A stretch of 63,557 nucleotides of DNA, counting the filler, from Octopus bimaculoides (taxonomy: Eukaryota), in assembly GCF_001194135.2 (NCBI RefSeq). It is 5 parts of 5 records of this genome, joined end to end, with 100 filler letters (N's around TTAATTAATTAA, not from the genome) between each part and the next. Parts side by side here need not be neighbours in the genome. Positions count along the whole stretch, not along the records: positions 31,065 to 40,926 come from NC_068987.1; positions 41,027 to 58,378 come from NC_068986.1; 3 more parts are not named here. One strand, given 5' to 3'. The number at the start of each line of letters is the position of its first letter. The stretch's first letter is position 1. Both the position numbers and the translations under genes were made by a program. Below the pieces are notes generated by a model that saw only the letters and a program-made list of their open reading frames with translations, was not told the DNA's origin and did not search any database. Below are positions 35,125-48,719 of the stretch, in pieces.

Positions 35125-37142
35125 CACACACACACACATGCTTGTTTATGATTATGTGTCTGTGAAGGTGCAAATATCTCCGTGTGTATACAAGAGTGAC
35201 AGAAATGTGATAATGGAGCTCTAATCGATAAAGGTTTCCAGCCTCTACCATTACACCCCACTTCCACTCCCACCGCCATCACAATCCCTGACCACATACT
35301 TTCTTCCACATACAGATATACCAAAATGCCATTAAACCCATCAACACGATCGACATGAATTTAGCACCAACGCATCGCCATTTTCAGCTACAATAACCAC
35401 ATAACCATTATCAAGACTAACAACTCCATTAGCATCATCTCTATTCCCCGTTCCTCACCAATTACTCCAGCACCATCACCACAGCCCTTCAGCCATAACC
35501 GCATTATCACTATCACTGTCACCACGACCATTATTTAGTTCCTTACCATTACAAACCAACAACAATAATTACAATGCGGGAACCTGTACGTGGCCCATCG
35601 ACATTCTAGAAATAGTAGCTAAATTTTCTCATATCGATCGCGAAGTCTTCTGAAAAAGAAGAATGCGTTGGGCGAAATAGTCTCTGATATTGAAGAACGG
35701 AGTGGTCACCATTGGAAACGAAATTTGCAAAAGACCATTCTAATCAGGACAGATCTTGGTGTAAATAACATTGACAAAACCCATTATCACCCTCAAAGAA
35801 TTAGTAAGCCTCAACATATCTATTTAAACCTTCCATGAAAACCACCAACATAACCACTACCACCATACCCGCCTCCTCTACCACTGTTACCACTTCATCC
35901 ACCACCGTCACCACCGCAAGTACTACCACTACTATACCATCCAAAATATCAACGCATCTCTGCCATTTAAACCCAATTTTAACAGCAGAATTGGAAATTG
36001 AACTTTTGGTGCAAGTGTTAGTAGTAGTAGTAGTAGTAGTGTTGGTGGTGGTGTTGGTGGTGGTGTTGGTGGTGGTGTTGGTGGTGGTGTTGGTGNNNNN
36101 NNNNNNNNNNNNNNNNNNNNNNNNNNNNNNNNNNNNNNNNNNNNNNNNNNNNNNNNNNNNNNNNNNNNNNNNNNNNNNNNNNNNNNNNNNNNNNNNNNNN
36201 NNNNNNNNNNNNNNNNNNNNNNNNNNNNNNNNNNNNNNNNNNNNNNNNNNNNNNNNNNNNNNNNNNNNNNNNNNNNNNNNNNNNNNNNNNNNNNNNNNNG
36301 CGGCGATGGTGGTGGTGGTGGTGGTGGTGGTGGTAGTAGTAGTAGTAGCAGCAGCAGCAGCAGCGGTAGTAGTAGTAGTAGTAGTAGTAGTGATGGTGGT
36401 GGTGGTGGTAATAGCAGCGGCGGTGATGTCGATGGTGCTAGAGAACCAGAGTGTGTCGGTGACGGAAGTGTTCGTTACTTTGGAAGAGAGACAACAATGT
36501 ATGAATAGGTAAGGGATATTTTGGGGGTAAGTGTGGTCAAAGACAGATTGCTGCTACCACGGATGTTGTTTGCTGCTAGAATTATTGATAATGATGCAGG
36601 TGATATGCGTGTATGTGCGTGTTCGTAACCTTCCACGGTACCCACCAGCAACAACACTAGCCTAATGCGGTGTTAGTTGTGAAAAGACGTCGATCAAGAG
36701 TAGAGCGAGGATTGTTGGATTTTGTTGGACAGAAAAAAATGGCGCCTTAGAGAAGAGAGAGAGATAGAGAGGAAGGAAGGGAGGGAGGGAAATAAAGATG
36801 ATAAAATAGGAAATAGGCAGAGATAGAGGAGGAAGAAGGAGGACAGATACGTCGAGTTGAGATGAACGAGTGCAGCGAGCAATGGCTCAGAGAACTTGCC
36901 GATGGAAAAGACTAGTCTGGAGGACAATGTTGTAAGGATAGAGGAAATGCAGTAAAGCTGAATAAGATGAGAGATTATGACAGAAAAAGATTTGGATAGG
37001 CTGGAATGATCCGTTGGTAAACAATACAGTGAAGACAAAGTGAAAGAGAAAGTGAAAGTGAAAGTGAAATATATAAAGAAGGTCATACAGAAATGTTTGG
37101 CGAATAAGGTGAAGAGAGAAATGAAGTACGAAGAAGGGAGTT

Positions 37143-37182
<40 letters not shown>

Positions 37183-37626
37183 NNNNNNNNNNNNNNNNNN
37201 NNNNNNNNNNNNNNNNNNNNNNNNNNNNNGAGAGAGGGAGAGAGAGAGGGAGAGAGAGAGAGGGAGAGAGAGAGAGAGAGAGGGAAAGAGAGAGAGAGAG
37301 TGTGTGTGTGTGTGTGAGTGTGTGTGTGTCAAAGAACCAGACAGAGTAAACTCAAGTGGAGAGAAAGAGTTAATCGATATATAGATAAATTTTAAAAAAG
37401 GAGAGAAGAAAAAGGGAAGGAAAATAATATGAAAGAAATGAGGTACAACAGACGGGAAGAGACAGTAAAAGGATATGTATGGATGTATGTGTGTGTGTAT
37501 GTATGAATGTATGAATGTTTGTATGTATATATGTATATATGCATATATGTATGGCTCTGTGTGTGTATGTATATACATATATGTGTGTGCGCGTGTGTGT
37601 GCATACACATATATGCATCCATGCAT

Positions 37627-37669
<43 letters not shown>

Positions 37670-39466
37670 TAAACAAAAATAGAAATGATAAGGAATTTAA
37701 GTATATATATATATATATATATANNNNNNNNNNNNNNNNNNNNNNNNNNNNNNNNNNNNNNNNNNNNNNNNNNNNNNNNNNNNNNNNNNNNNNNNNNNNN
37801 GAAACAGAAAATGAGAGAGAGATGTGGGTGTAGAAGTGAGAACAGACGTGAAGGAAACGAAGGAAGAATTAACTTTCAGAACAGAAAGAGAGAAAAAGAA
37901 AACAAAATCTAAACAATAAAGAAATCCACAGAAAGTAAAACAAACAACAAATAGTAAACAAGGTAACACAAGCAAACAAGATAGCCATGCTAGAAAGAAA
38001 AGAAAAGAAAGAAAGAAAGAAAGAAAGAAAGAAATAAAGAAAGAAAGAAATAAAGAAAGAAAGAAAGAAAGAAAAAAGAATAAAAAATTGAAAAGAACTG
38101 AAACTGGTTTTATCTGCGAATCTGTGAAAGACAGAGGGATGAAGAAAGTTAGAGCAAAATGGAGCAAAAACTGAAGGATGTATTTTCCAGAGAATATCTG
38201 AGTCGGTAGAACATCCGTCAAAGTCGCTGACTGGGCTCAGATGAGATTGGGGGGGATAAAGACAAGTAATATGCAGGGAGTTAAGAGTTTTCAGTTTGTA
38301 TTACGCAGAGCACATAGATAAACGCACACGCACACACATACATTCTCATACAGACACATACATACATACATACAGACAGACATATATATATATGTGTGTG
38401 TTTATTGTGGACAGATCGGANNNNNNNNNNNNNNNNNNNNNNNNNNNNNNNNNNNNNNNNNNNNNNNNNNNNNNNNNNNNNNNNNNNNNNNNNNNNNNNN
38501 NNNNNNNNNNNNNNNNNNNNNNNNNNNNNNNNNNNNNNNNNNNNNNNNNNNNNNNNNNNNNNNNNNNNNNNNNNNNNNNNNNNNNNNNNNNNNNNNNNNN
38601 NNNNNNNNNNNNNNNNNNNNNNNNNNNNNNNNNNNNNNNNNNNNNNNNNNNNNNNNNNNNNNNNNNNNNNNNNNNNNNNNNNNNNNNNNNNNNNNNNNNN
38701 NNNNNNNNNNNNNNNNNNNNNNNNNNNNNNNNNNNNNNNNNNNNNNNNNNNNNNNNNNNNNNNNNNNNNNNNNNNNNNNNNNNNNNNNNNNNNNNNNNNN
38801 NNNNNNNNNNNNNNNNNNNNNNNNNNNNNNNNNNNNNNNNNNNNNNNNNNNNNNNNNNNNNNNNNNNNNNNNNNNNNNNNNNNNNNNNNNNNNNNNNNNN
38901 NNNNNNNNNNNNNNNNNNNNNNNNNNNNNNNNNNNNNNNNNNNNNNNNNNNNNNNNNNNNNNNNNNNNNNNNNNNNNNNNNNNNNNNNNNNNNNNNNNNN
39001 NNNNNNNNNNNNNNNNNNNNNNNNNNNNNNNNNNNNNNNNNNNNNNNNNNNNNNNNNNNNNNNNNNNNNNNNNNNNNNNNNNNNNNNNNNNNNNNNNNNN
39101 NNNNNNNNNNNNNNNNNNNNNNNNNNNNNNNNNNNNNNNNNNNNNNNNNNNNNNNNNNNNNNNNNNNNNNNNNNNNNNNNNNNNNNNNNNNNNNNNNNNN
39201 NNNNNNNNNNNNNNNNNNNNNNNNNNNNNNNNNNNNNNNNNNNNNNNNNNNNNNNNNNNATATATATATATATATATATATGTATATGTATGTTCATACA
39301 TATGGAAAGTAATATATGGGCTGGTGATGATGTCGGACTGTGAAAATAAGATAGAAGAGGAACAGCATCGACTGCTCATTTTGAATTCAAAGACCTGAGG
39401 TGAATTTCGAGCATAGGTTATAAGCTCCAACTTGTCTCTTGATGAGAAAGTAATGTTTACTTCAAT

Positions 39467-39510
<44 letters not shown>

Positions 39511-39542
39511 TAGAGAGAGACAGAGAAGAAACGGGGTTTTAG

Positions 39543-39577
<35 letters not shown>

Positions 39578-39681
39578 ACGTGTGAGATACGAGGTTTTAT
39601 ACGAGGTATAATATATATGTGTATATGTCGATATATTGCCGTGTGTAAGAGAGATAAATAAATGAAGAGAGAATGAAGGTG

Positions 39682-39714
<33 letters not shown>

Positions 39715-40179
39715 TAAAGAGCAAGAGTGTGATTGGTGGAAAGAAACAGAGATAGAGAAAGGGAGAGAGTGAGTGAGAGAGAGAGAGGGAGAGCAAGAGT
39801 CAGTGAAACTGTTTGTCAGTAAGCAATGTGCTTCTGACAGGAATGGATTTAGCACATATGCATATTCATGTTTATATAGGTCTGCCTGTCTGCCTGTATG
39901 TATGCATATATGTATATATCCGTGTATTTATAAATGTGTGTGTGTGTGTGTGTGTGTCTCTGTGTGTATACATACACATGCGTGCGTTTGCGTGTATGTG
40001 TGTATGTGTGTGCGCGTGCGTGTGTATGTATGTATGTGTGTGTGTGTGTGTGTGTACGCGCGTGCATGCAACTATGTGTGTATGTATAGTCACACAGGAA
40101 TATATGGTATGCGTCAATGTATGTGTATGAATGTATTTATGTACACTTAACAGTTTTTCCTGTGCTTACTACTGCTTCT

Positions 40180-40225
<46 letters not shown>

Positions 40226-40970
40226 ACACGCATGTATACACTCATACATACATACATATACACACACACATGCACGCACGCACGCGCGCACACACTCATG
40301 CACGGTACTTACATGCGCAAACACACATAAACACATGCACACACGTGCACCCATACACGTACGCACATGGACATATATGTGCATGTATGCGCGTACGCGC
40401 GCTGAATATATTCACAGAAATGCATATTTAACAACTATTGTGTTCTCTAAATTCAGGTCCATTAACACACACACACACACACGCGCGCGCACACACACAC
40501 GCACATAGACCAATTATCACGACTGCATGTAGCACAAACAACACTAGTATGATGACGAACAACTACTACTACGTCGGCGATGATGATGACGATGATGATG
40601 ACGATGATGATGATGATGATGATTTGCCGGTATAGTTGAATCATTTAGATTCTAAATGATATACCCACTGATGGGTCTCGAACGGAATCCTAGTGGGTTG
40701 CAAAAAGTTATAAAATTACGCATTAGCTTTGATTAACTGCTGTCTATCGAGATAGTTCAAGCCTCATGTTTTCAATAGCAGACTGGTTGTTTTATCAAGC
40801 AGTAGGCTTTTTTCACGAACTTAACAAATCAGAGGTGGTCATTTTCTCAAGTTATTTATTCGTACGTAATCGCAAAAAGGAAACGTCTGTTTTTACCTAT
40901 TTATAGAGAACTTTTAACTAGGTGCANNNNNNNNNNNNNNNNNNNNNNNNNNNNNNNNNNNNNNNNNNNN

Positions 40971-40982
40971 TTAATTAATTAA
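40971..40982. other. Artificial scaffold linker TTAATTAATTAA
   Basis: 44 N on each side. Confidence 0.95.
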
Positions 40983-41026
40983 NNNNNNNNNNNNNNNNNN
41001 NNNNNNNNNNNNNNNNNNNNNNNNNN

Positions 41027-41057
<31 letters not shown>

Positions 41058-41359
41058 ATCACGATGGGTTTCCAAACAGTTGCCATCTATCAAATTCATT
41101 CATTAGTCGGTCCATGGTTATAGGAGAAGATACTTGCTCAAGGTACCGTCCAGCGGGACAAAATACGTACCAGTCAAAAACTGGAATTGACTGATCCCCT
41201 CCTCCCAAACGTGTCCTTTTGCGAAAATAAAAAAGAACTGTTATTCTGCCTCAGGATAATCATTTGTTTCTTACCAATTAAACACACGCAATATATATTC
41301 GTTCTTCACTCGTTTATTATCGTTCTTATTTTATTTTATGTCCATTAAACAGAACAGGA

Positions 41360-41439
41360 GGAGACACATGAGTTGGAAGAGTCGCTGAAGAGGTCACAGA
41401 TGTGTGACGAAAGATTTTTACTAATGATGTAATGTCTCC
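41360..41439 (+). ncRNA. Decayed type I hammerhead-like motif
   Basis: CTGAAGA (41385) - GGTCACA GATG TGTGAC (stem II, apparently one C lost) - GAAAG ATTTTTA CTA. Distal stem GGAGACA/TGTCTCC; proximal stem I is broken. Confidence 0.4.
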
Positions 41440-42043
41440 ATTAATCAATTAAAAATTCGTTGGAAACAGCTGTAGTGAATTGACACATTATGCATCTACT
41501 GTTATTTATTTATTTATTTACAATTCACCTACATCAGAACCTGCTCCGCACGTGATCCAAAGTATATTATGGACAATATATTTAATACAATGTGCGTTTC
41601 TTGATTAGCCCAAGGGCTAGTGATATACTCAGTCGGGTTCAATAAATCGTGTACATAACTTGAATATCTTTCTGCCTGTACTTCAATACCCGCGTATGTA
41701 TTCATCTATCTTTGTTGCGTATGCATTTTAATTTTGACCCAACCCGGTGTCTTACCATGCATACATACATACATACATACATACATGCATACATCAGAGA
41801 AAAAGACAAAACATCGCCTACAAGAATCGAACTTCGTACCTGCTGTAAAGCATGTTACCGAATTAAGGCAACATCATAAACACACTGAAACGCATACACA
41901 TACAAATATATTTCTATAGGTACATGAGTGTGTGTATGCATGTATGTATGTATGTATGTATGTATATACTTATATTTATCGTTTGTACGTATGTATATGT
42001 ATATATTTATATATAAGTATACATATGTATATATATATGAATA

Positions 42044-42090
42044 CAGTAGTACACCGGTTTTCGAATAACTCTAATCTGGAATAAATCGTG

Positions 42091-42144
<54 letters not shown>

Positions 42145-42190
42145 NNNNNNNNNNCGTGATCAGAGGCGTTCGTAAACCGAGGTTCTACTG
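42044..42190. mobile_element. Tigger/pogo-type MITE, collapsed around a (TA)n run and gap
   Basis: TA|CAGTAGTACACCGGTTTTCGAA ... TTCGTAAACCGAGGTTCTACTG|TA. Confidence 0.75.
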
Positions 42191-42217
42191 TATATGTAAC
42201 CTATGTATGTATGCATA

Positions 42218-42274
<57 letters not shown>

Positions 42275-43288
42275 GTATTTATATGTAAGAATGAATCAAT
42301 GTGGGGGTGTATGGATTAGATGAAAGATAGAACTAATTATTGCATTAGTGTTAAACATTTTTTTTCATCATTATGGATGGACACTCCCCCACAACTGACC
42401 GCTGACCGACCGATTGGTCGTTTCGTAATAAACCGATAACCACTGAATCTTGACCTCACGATAAATCGTGATAAAAAGCATCAGCTGCCATCAGGTATCA
42501 ACAAAGAAGCTAGCTCGACGCCTTGACAACAGTGCTAATAATAATCGTATAAATTATTTTGAAGACTTCAAGAATGTTCTAGATTTATTTTTGGCTTATG
42601 TATTTCTTTTTTGTTGGTTGCACTGTTATTACTTTGTACCGTTTCTGTTGTCTTTGTTGACGTTGTTGTTATGGTTGTTGTTGTTGTTGTTGTTGTTGCT
42701 GTTGTTGTCAATGTGGTTGTATTTGTTATTTTGTACTGTTTTGGTTTCATGCATAAATAACTTTCGATTGTAATCCGATCTTATTAAGTTAATGAACTAA
42801 TATGCTATGGAGATGAAAAGATAATACGTACGCTTCGCTTAGACCAGTCAATGAGGATTTGCACATTTTTACAAATTGGTCAGGACGAATAATGTACAGG
42901 AAGATGACGAAAATACATGGCGTTGGAGTCGGTTTAAAGGGGATTTACGGTTTAGAAAATAAATCCAACTGGTGGTCATATTGAGCTAAATACAATCTAT
43001 TCAGTTTGAAGATTTAGTGTTAGAGGAAAGATTAGCAACTATTCAGGGATTTATCGGTCATATACATATATTTACATATGAAAACACATACACACGTTGT
43101 TTCTTTCATCACGTCTCTGTCTTTTCCACTCTCTCTTTCTCTCTCTCTCATATAAATGAATGTGTTTATGTGTGTATACACATATGCATATATGCGTGTG
43201 TGGATATATATAAACATATACACATACAAGTATACATACACACATATATGTACACACACACACACATATATATGTATGTGTATATGTA

Positions 43289-43364
<76 letters not shown>

Positions 43365-43470
43365 TATGTAAATATACATATATGTATATATACATACACA
43401 CACATATAATATATATATATTCACATATATATGTATGTATATATATGTACATGTATATATGCATGTGTAT

Positions 43471-43514
<44 letters not shown>

Positions 43515-43593
43515 TCACATATATGTGTATGTACATATATATCTACATATATATATATGCATGTATGTGTGTGTGCATATATATGTATATATG

Positions 43594-44479
43594 CAGGGTG
43601 CGATAGGTAAATTGTCGCCATTTTATATTTCAAATTTTGCGCATGGGCATTTGTTCTTGAGTTTGTCGACTACACAGAATAGTAGGGTCAGTTGGGAACC
43701 ATCTGTGAGACAAACTGCACCATGACGCAATTCACTCTGCCAGAAATTTGGGAACGACATGCTGCAGTGCTTGACATTCGCACCGGAAGCTCCAATGCGA
43801 ACCTTTCAGAGTGCTTAGGTGTCAACCTGAGGACAGTGCAATCTGAGGACATGTACCGAGAGTGATAAAAATCAAAAATCCAGTCAACATCATTGTGTTT
43901 GGAGTGATCAGTAGTGATGGCGACGTTATGCCTCCATTCATCTTCCCACACGGCTTCAGACTCAACACGAAGGCCTACTTCAAGTGCCTGGAATAGGTAG
44001 TACTGCCCTGGGTCAAGAGGATGGCTGCTGGAAGACCCTATGTCTGGCAACAGGACTCTGCACCATGCCACACAAGTAGGAGAACTCAGTCATGGCTGTC
44101 AGACAATTTCTGAAACCACATCAACCCTAACATCTGGCCACCTAACTCCCCAGATTGCAACCACCTTGATTATTATGTGAGGGGCGCAGTTGAGCGAGAG
44201 ACTAAAAAAACTCCTTGTAACACCAAAGATGAATTGAAGGCAAGGATTATGGCAGCATTCACCAACTTAAGCAAGGAAGCCGTTCAGAAGAGTTGCAGGA
44301 GATTCCGAAGTTCTCTGGAGGCCGTGGTTGAAGCCAATGGCTATTTTATTGAATAAATTTACTCTTTTGTATTTCAAGATATTTTTATGTAATTTTGGTA
44401 AATATATCTGTTAAAATGCGATGTCAGTGTTATTTTTCTTTTTGCATAATTTAGACGACAGTTTATTCAACGCACCCTG
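43594..44479 (+). mobile_element. Internally deleted DD37D/maT mariner (886 bp)
   Basis: TIRs CAGGGTGCGATAGGTAAATTGTCG / CGACAGTTTATTCAACGCACCCTG|TA. ATG at 43722 (MTQFTLPEIWERHAAVL..) joins at ~43855 to VFGVISSDGDVMPPFIF..WQQDSAPCH..WPPNSPDCNHLDYY..EAVVEANGYFIE* (44356). There are exactly 37 positions between the last two D residues. Confidence 0.9.
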
Positions 44480-44689
44480 TATATATGCATATACGAAATA
44501 TTTTTTTATAAATGAATGTACCTGTATGTCTATATGTATTTTTATATATACATATATGTATATATCTACATATATGTGTATATATATATTTTTTTTTATG
44601 TATGTATATATCTATATGTCTATGAGTGTATATGTGTGTGTGTGCATGCGTGCGTCCCTGTGTGCTTGTGCGTGAGTGTGTGTGTGTGT

Positions 44690-45860
44690 GCATGCACATG
44701 TAGACTATGTGGTCAATTCGTGTCAAACTCTAAAAATACTAATTCTTCTCCTCTACCCTCTCCTTCTGCCCCTGGCCATAAATCTCATTACCGCCACACA
44801 CTACAAACCTTCACTGTTTATCTTCTCCCCAAGATTCATAACGATGACAGATCCTGTCGAACCGTCGTTTCTCACTAAAACTGCTCTTCAGAACTCATGT
44901 CTAAATACTTCGAGTAGCTTTTCTCGCTCTTTATAGCTGTCCTCCCATTACACATGCTTGACGTTAACCAAACCCCCGCCTCTTCATCTCTTTCTCCTTC
45001 TTCCCATTTACTTTTTTATCATGGATATTAAGTTCCTCTACAACATATTCTTGCACAAGAATGGTCTCCTAGCTCTTTAATACTATTTGAACCACCACGC
45101 TACGCGCTGCTCTAGCAACTCCACTATTTTCACTTTACAATTGAATATTCTTTTGGACATAGGCGACATAGTAGACCCCCAACTAAGCCAACCTGTTTGT
45201 TGGTTGCCTTTAGGACGAGATCTTCATCCATTTATCCAGCCCTCCTCAGAGATATACATTATATCGTTATACCGACGAGTCTATCAGCGCTACCACCCTT
45301 ACTCGCAAGCAGGCCATTCCCTTCATTGTCTTCGTTAAATCCTTTCTTTGTGACATAGAGTTCACCTTCGCCATCTGCACAAACTATGTCAATTTTCCAA
45401 TCATCTGTTTCCAATGGCTACCTAAACATCCATTTACACAAACCTACCGACTGTCACTCCTACCTCAATTCCATTACATTCCACCTCTTTGACAATAAGT
45501 TATCCTCTGCACGGAATTTATCCACCACTGTAGTTAAAATTGACAGAGAAGATGAGTCCCTCCAAGTGAGCTGGCCTCTTCCTCAAACGTAGTTAACATC
45601 CAAGCAACCGCTGACGCTGCTCACCGTTGTACCCTCGCTAATTTTTGCTCTCCTTCGTTACGCTGTTTCACCATAAAATGCCTTCTCTTTTTCTTATCTT
45701 CTATTCTTCTTCTCCAGTGCTGCGAAATTTCTGTCCTAATCAATCTGATCCTGCTTATACTAATTTTTTTCTGAACAGTCACTTTCTTTCAAACGTGACC
45801 GCAACATGGATGACTTTCTAAATCATCGTTCCTTCACTGCTCGTCATACTCAACGTTCCG
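44690..45860 (+). mobile_element. Penelope-like element reverse transcriptase remnant
   Basis: Across broken frames: YLLPKIH..CRTVVS, LFIMDIKFLY (MDxxSLY), QLSQPVCW region (ANLF equivalent), RYTDE (RYIDD), EFTF..VNF, HKPTDCHSYL, LSFKRDRNMDDFL. This is the PLE RT motif order. Confidence 0.8.
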
Positions 45861-46309
45861 ATGAAACTAAGGAGACTATGTTTGCATTTGCTTTTCCAAA
45901 AGCTGATAGGATTCGTTACTCCCAACCCCTAAGAGAAGCGTCACTGTTTTGGTGACGGGGAGGGATATGAACTCGGATCGAATAGGTTTGGTGCAAATAA
46001 CGCAAGATATCTTATCCGACGCTCTAACGATTCCGTTAATCTGCCCTGGATTAGCAGCTTTTATCAACTTCAAAGAGATGAAAGAACGTTGATCACAGCA
46101 TTATCTGAACATATCATACAGATGGTGAGAACAAATACCACAAGGCATCTAGCCAACACAGTAAAAACTCTTGTTATAGTTATATATTATAATAGGATTG
46201 AAAAGCAGAATCACTAGCGTGTGGTATTGAGTTACGTACCTTTTTTTATATTTTTATTTTAAATTCCACAGTCAGTCGATGTAAAACGGTACCATTGCGT
46301 CTATGTTGG

Positions 46310-46520
46310 AAGCATTTTGGGATTGGATTAGCGGAGTAGATACTTTATTGTATATAAGCATGTCGTTTTTTTTTTAACTACCTGAGTTCAAATTCCACAG
46401 ATATTGCTTTTGCCTTTTTATCCTTCCAAAGTCGATGAAAAGAAGTACATGTAACCTACTCTGGTCAAGTTATTCAAGTTATTCAATATCTGTACTAATT
46501 GTAGAAATTTGCTTTATTTA
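46310..46520 (+). mobile_element. SINE family D copy, decayed (a second fragment lies at ~46200-46300)
   Basis: CTGAGTTCAAATTCCAC..TTGCCTTTTTATCCTTCCAAAGTCGATGAAAAGAAGTAC. Confidence 0.6.
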
Positions 46521-47610
46521 TATTGTAGTAGTAGTAGTAGTAGTAGTAGTATAACGTATGGTGTTACTTTCATCAAAAGTACAAGAGGAAATGGAATTTG
46601 AGCCGAGAGTAGCTTTCTAGTTCAAACGTAGACGATAGACCAGATGGATAGGATCCAAATAATGGTTGGCCATCGAAATCGCCTATACACTTACACACAC
46701 GCATTCCATGTACTCGTAGTTGGTATTTTTTTGTTGTACACGTTTCGTGATGTCCTGTGCCCACATACGCATAAATATANNNNNNNNNNNNNNNNNNNNN
46801 NNNNNNNNNNNNNNNNNNNNNNNNNNNNNNNNNNNNNNNNNNNNNNNNNNNNNNNNNNNNNNNNNNNNNNNNNNNNNNNNNNNNNNNNNNNNNNNNNNNN
46901 NNNNNNNNNNNNNNNNNNNNNNNNNNNNNNNNNNNNNNNNNNNNNNNNNNNNNNNNNNNNNNNNNNNNNNNNNNNNNNNNNNNNNNNNNNNNNNNNNNNN
47001 NNNNNNNNNNNNNNNNNNNNNNNNNNNNNNNNNNNNNNNNNNNNNNNNNNNNNNNNNNNNNNNNNNNNNNNNNNNNNNNNNNNNNNNNNNNNNNNNNNNN
47101 NNNNNNNNNNNNNNNNNNNNNNNNNNNNNNNNNNNNNNNNNNNNNNNNNNNNNNNNNNNNNNNNNNNNNNNNNNNNNNNNNNNNNNNNNNNNNNNNNNNN
47201 NNNNNNNNNNNNNNNNNNNNNNNNNNNNNNNNNNNNNNNNNNNNNNNNNNNNNNNNNNNNNNNNNNNNNNNNNNNNNNNNNNNNNNNNNNNNNNNNNNNN
47301 NNNNNNNNNNNNNNNNNNNNNNNNNNNNNNNNNNNNNNNNNNNNNNNNNNNNNNNNNNNNNNNNNNNNNNNNNNNNNNNNNNNNNNNNNNNNNNNNNNNN
47401 NNNNNNNNNNNNNNNNNNNNNNNNNNNNNNNNNNNNNNNNNNNNNNNNNNNNNNNNNNNNNNNNNNNNNNNNNNNNNNNNNNNNNNNNNNNNNNNNNNNN
47501 NNNNNNNNNNNNNNNNNNNNNNNNNNNNNNNNNNNNNNNNNNNNNNNNNNNNNNNNNNNNNNNNNNNNNNNNNNNNNNNNNCACACACACACATATATAT
47601 ACATATATAT

Positions 47611-47776
47611 ACGACGGGCTTCTTTCAGTTTCCGTCTACCAAATCCACTCACAAGGCTTTGGTCGGCCCGAGGCTATAGCAGAAGACACTTGCCCAAGGT
47701 GCCACGCAGTGGGAATGAACCCGGAACCATGTGGTTGGTAAGCAAGCTACTTACCACACAGCCACTCCTGCGCCTA
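47611..47776 (-). mobile_element. SINE family A head, young (CpG-rich)
   Basis: CGACGGGCTTCTTTCAGTTTCCGTCTACCAAATCCACTCACAAGGCTTTGGTCGGCCCGAGGCTATAGCAGAAGACACTTGCCCAAGGTGCCACGCAGTGGG..TACCACACAGCCACTCCTGCGCC. Confidence 0.9.
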
Positions 47777-48719
47777 TGGGTCAAATAGGTTTTTTTTCTT
47801 TTAGTCTGAATAGAGTAACAGTATAGTGGTACAGATAACAATAATACTTTAACCAATATTATTGCTCTCTGCCAGTTGAATACCACCGGCCGCCATCTTT
47901 GTCTTTTTTGTTACTATACATTTACGGTATTTAACTCAGTCTAATTTTTAATAGACCTATCAACGTATTTCTTATTTTTCTTCTTTCTCATTTTCCATTC
48001 AATTTACCTTCCATTAACAGTATCTGAAAACCAGTTTTCTTTTCTAATTTAGTCTCCAAAATATTTTAGTTTTCTTTCTTTAAAAGTATTATTAATTTTT
48101 CCTATTCTTAGTACCTTATCATTAGTTTTAGTTTTCTACATGCGCAGGTCGCAAAGATTTATTATCTTCATTTAGGTTGCTTTTATTTTTGGTCTGTTTT
48201 TTTATTGCTTAGCCAGAGGAAGAAGTACAGTTCTTATGAAGATTTCTGCAGCATTTTTGAGACTGTTGGAGGAGAGGAAGAAAGTAAGACTCAGACTGGA
48301 GACATGGTCCAAATGCTAGCAATAAAATGTACCCCTCTGCTAAAGACATGTAAGGACCAAGTGGTGATGCTGAACTAGGCTACCAATTAAGTACTTTTCC
48401 TGAGGTGTTGCGTAATGAGATCGAAATCGAAATCTAGTGATTGCGAAGTAGGTTTCTTAACCATGCGCAAACTACAAAATGACTTTATTCCTATCGTTTA
48501 ATGAAGGAAGAAAAGACTGCGGACTGTGTCCATTACTCTTTTATCTTTTATTTTTGTCAGGGCCTATGAGAATGGCTGGAACAAAGCAAGAAATTTTCCT
48601 CAAACCAGAGATCTACCTCGAATGATTGCAACAAATCGAACCCCGCTCAAGGCATCCAAGAACTGAATGGTGGTGTTAAGCCGAGCGAGGGATTACGTCT
48701 AGCAACCAATTTTATTCTA

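Noticed and set aside
36440-36515. Possible exon ending at AATAG|GTAAGG
   Set aside because: It has a good donor but no acceptor; upstream is a trinucleotide repeat and the peptide is unrecognisable.
39325-39400. C/D box snoRNA (GTGATGA...CTGA)
   Set aside because: There is no terminal stem and no recognisable rRNA/snRNA antisense element.
40663-40722. Hammerhead-like ACCCACTGATGGGTCTCGAACGGAATCCTAGTGGGT
   Set aside because: The core deviates (CUGAUGG, GAAC), stem II is only 1 bp, and there is an extra nucleotide at the cleavage site. It is probably just a small hairpin.
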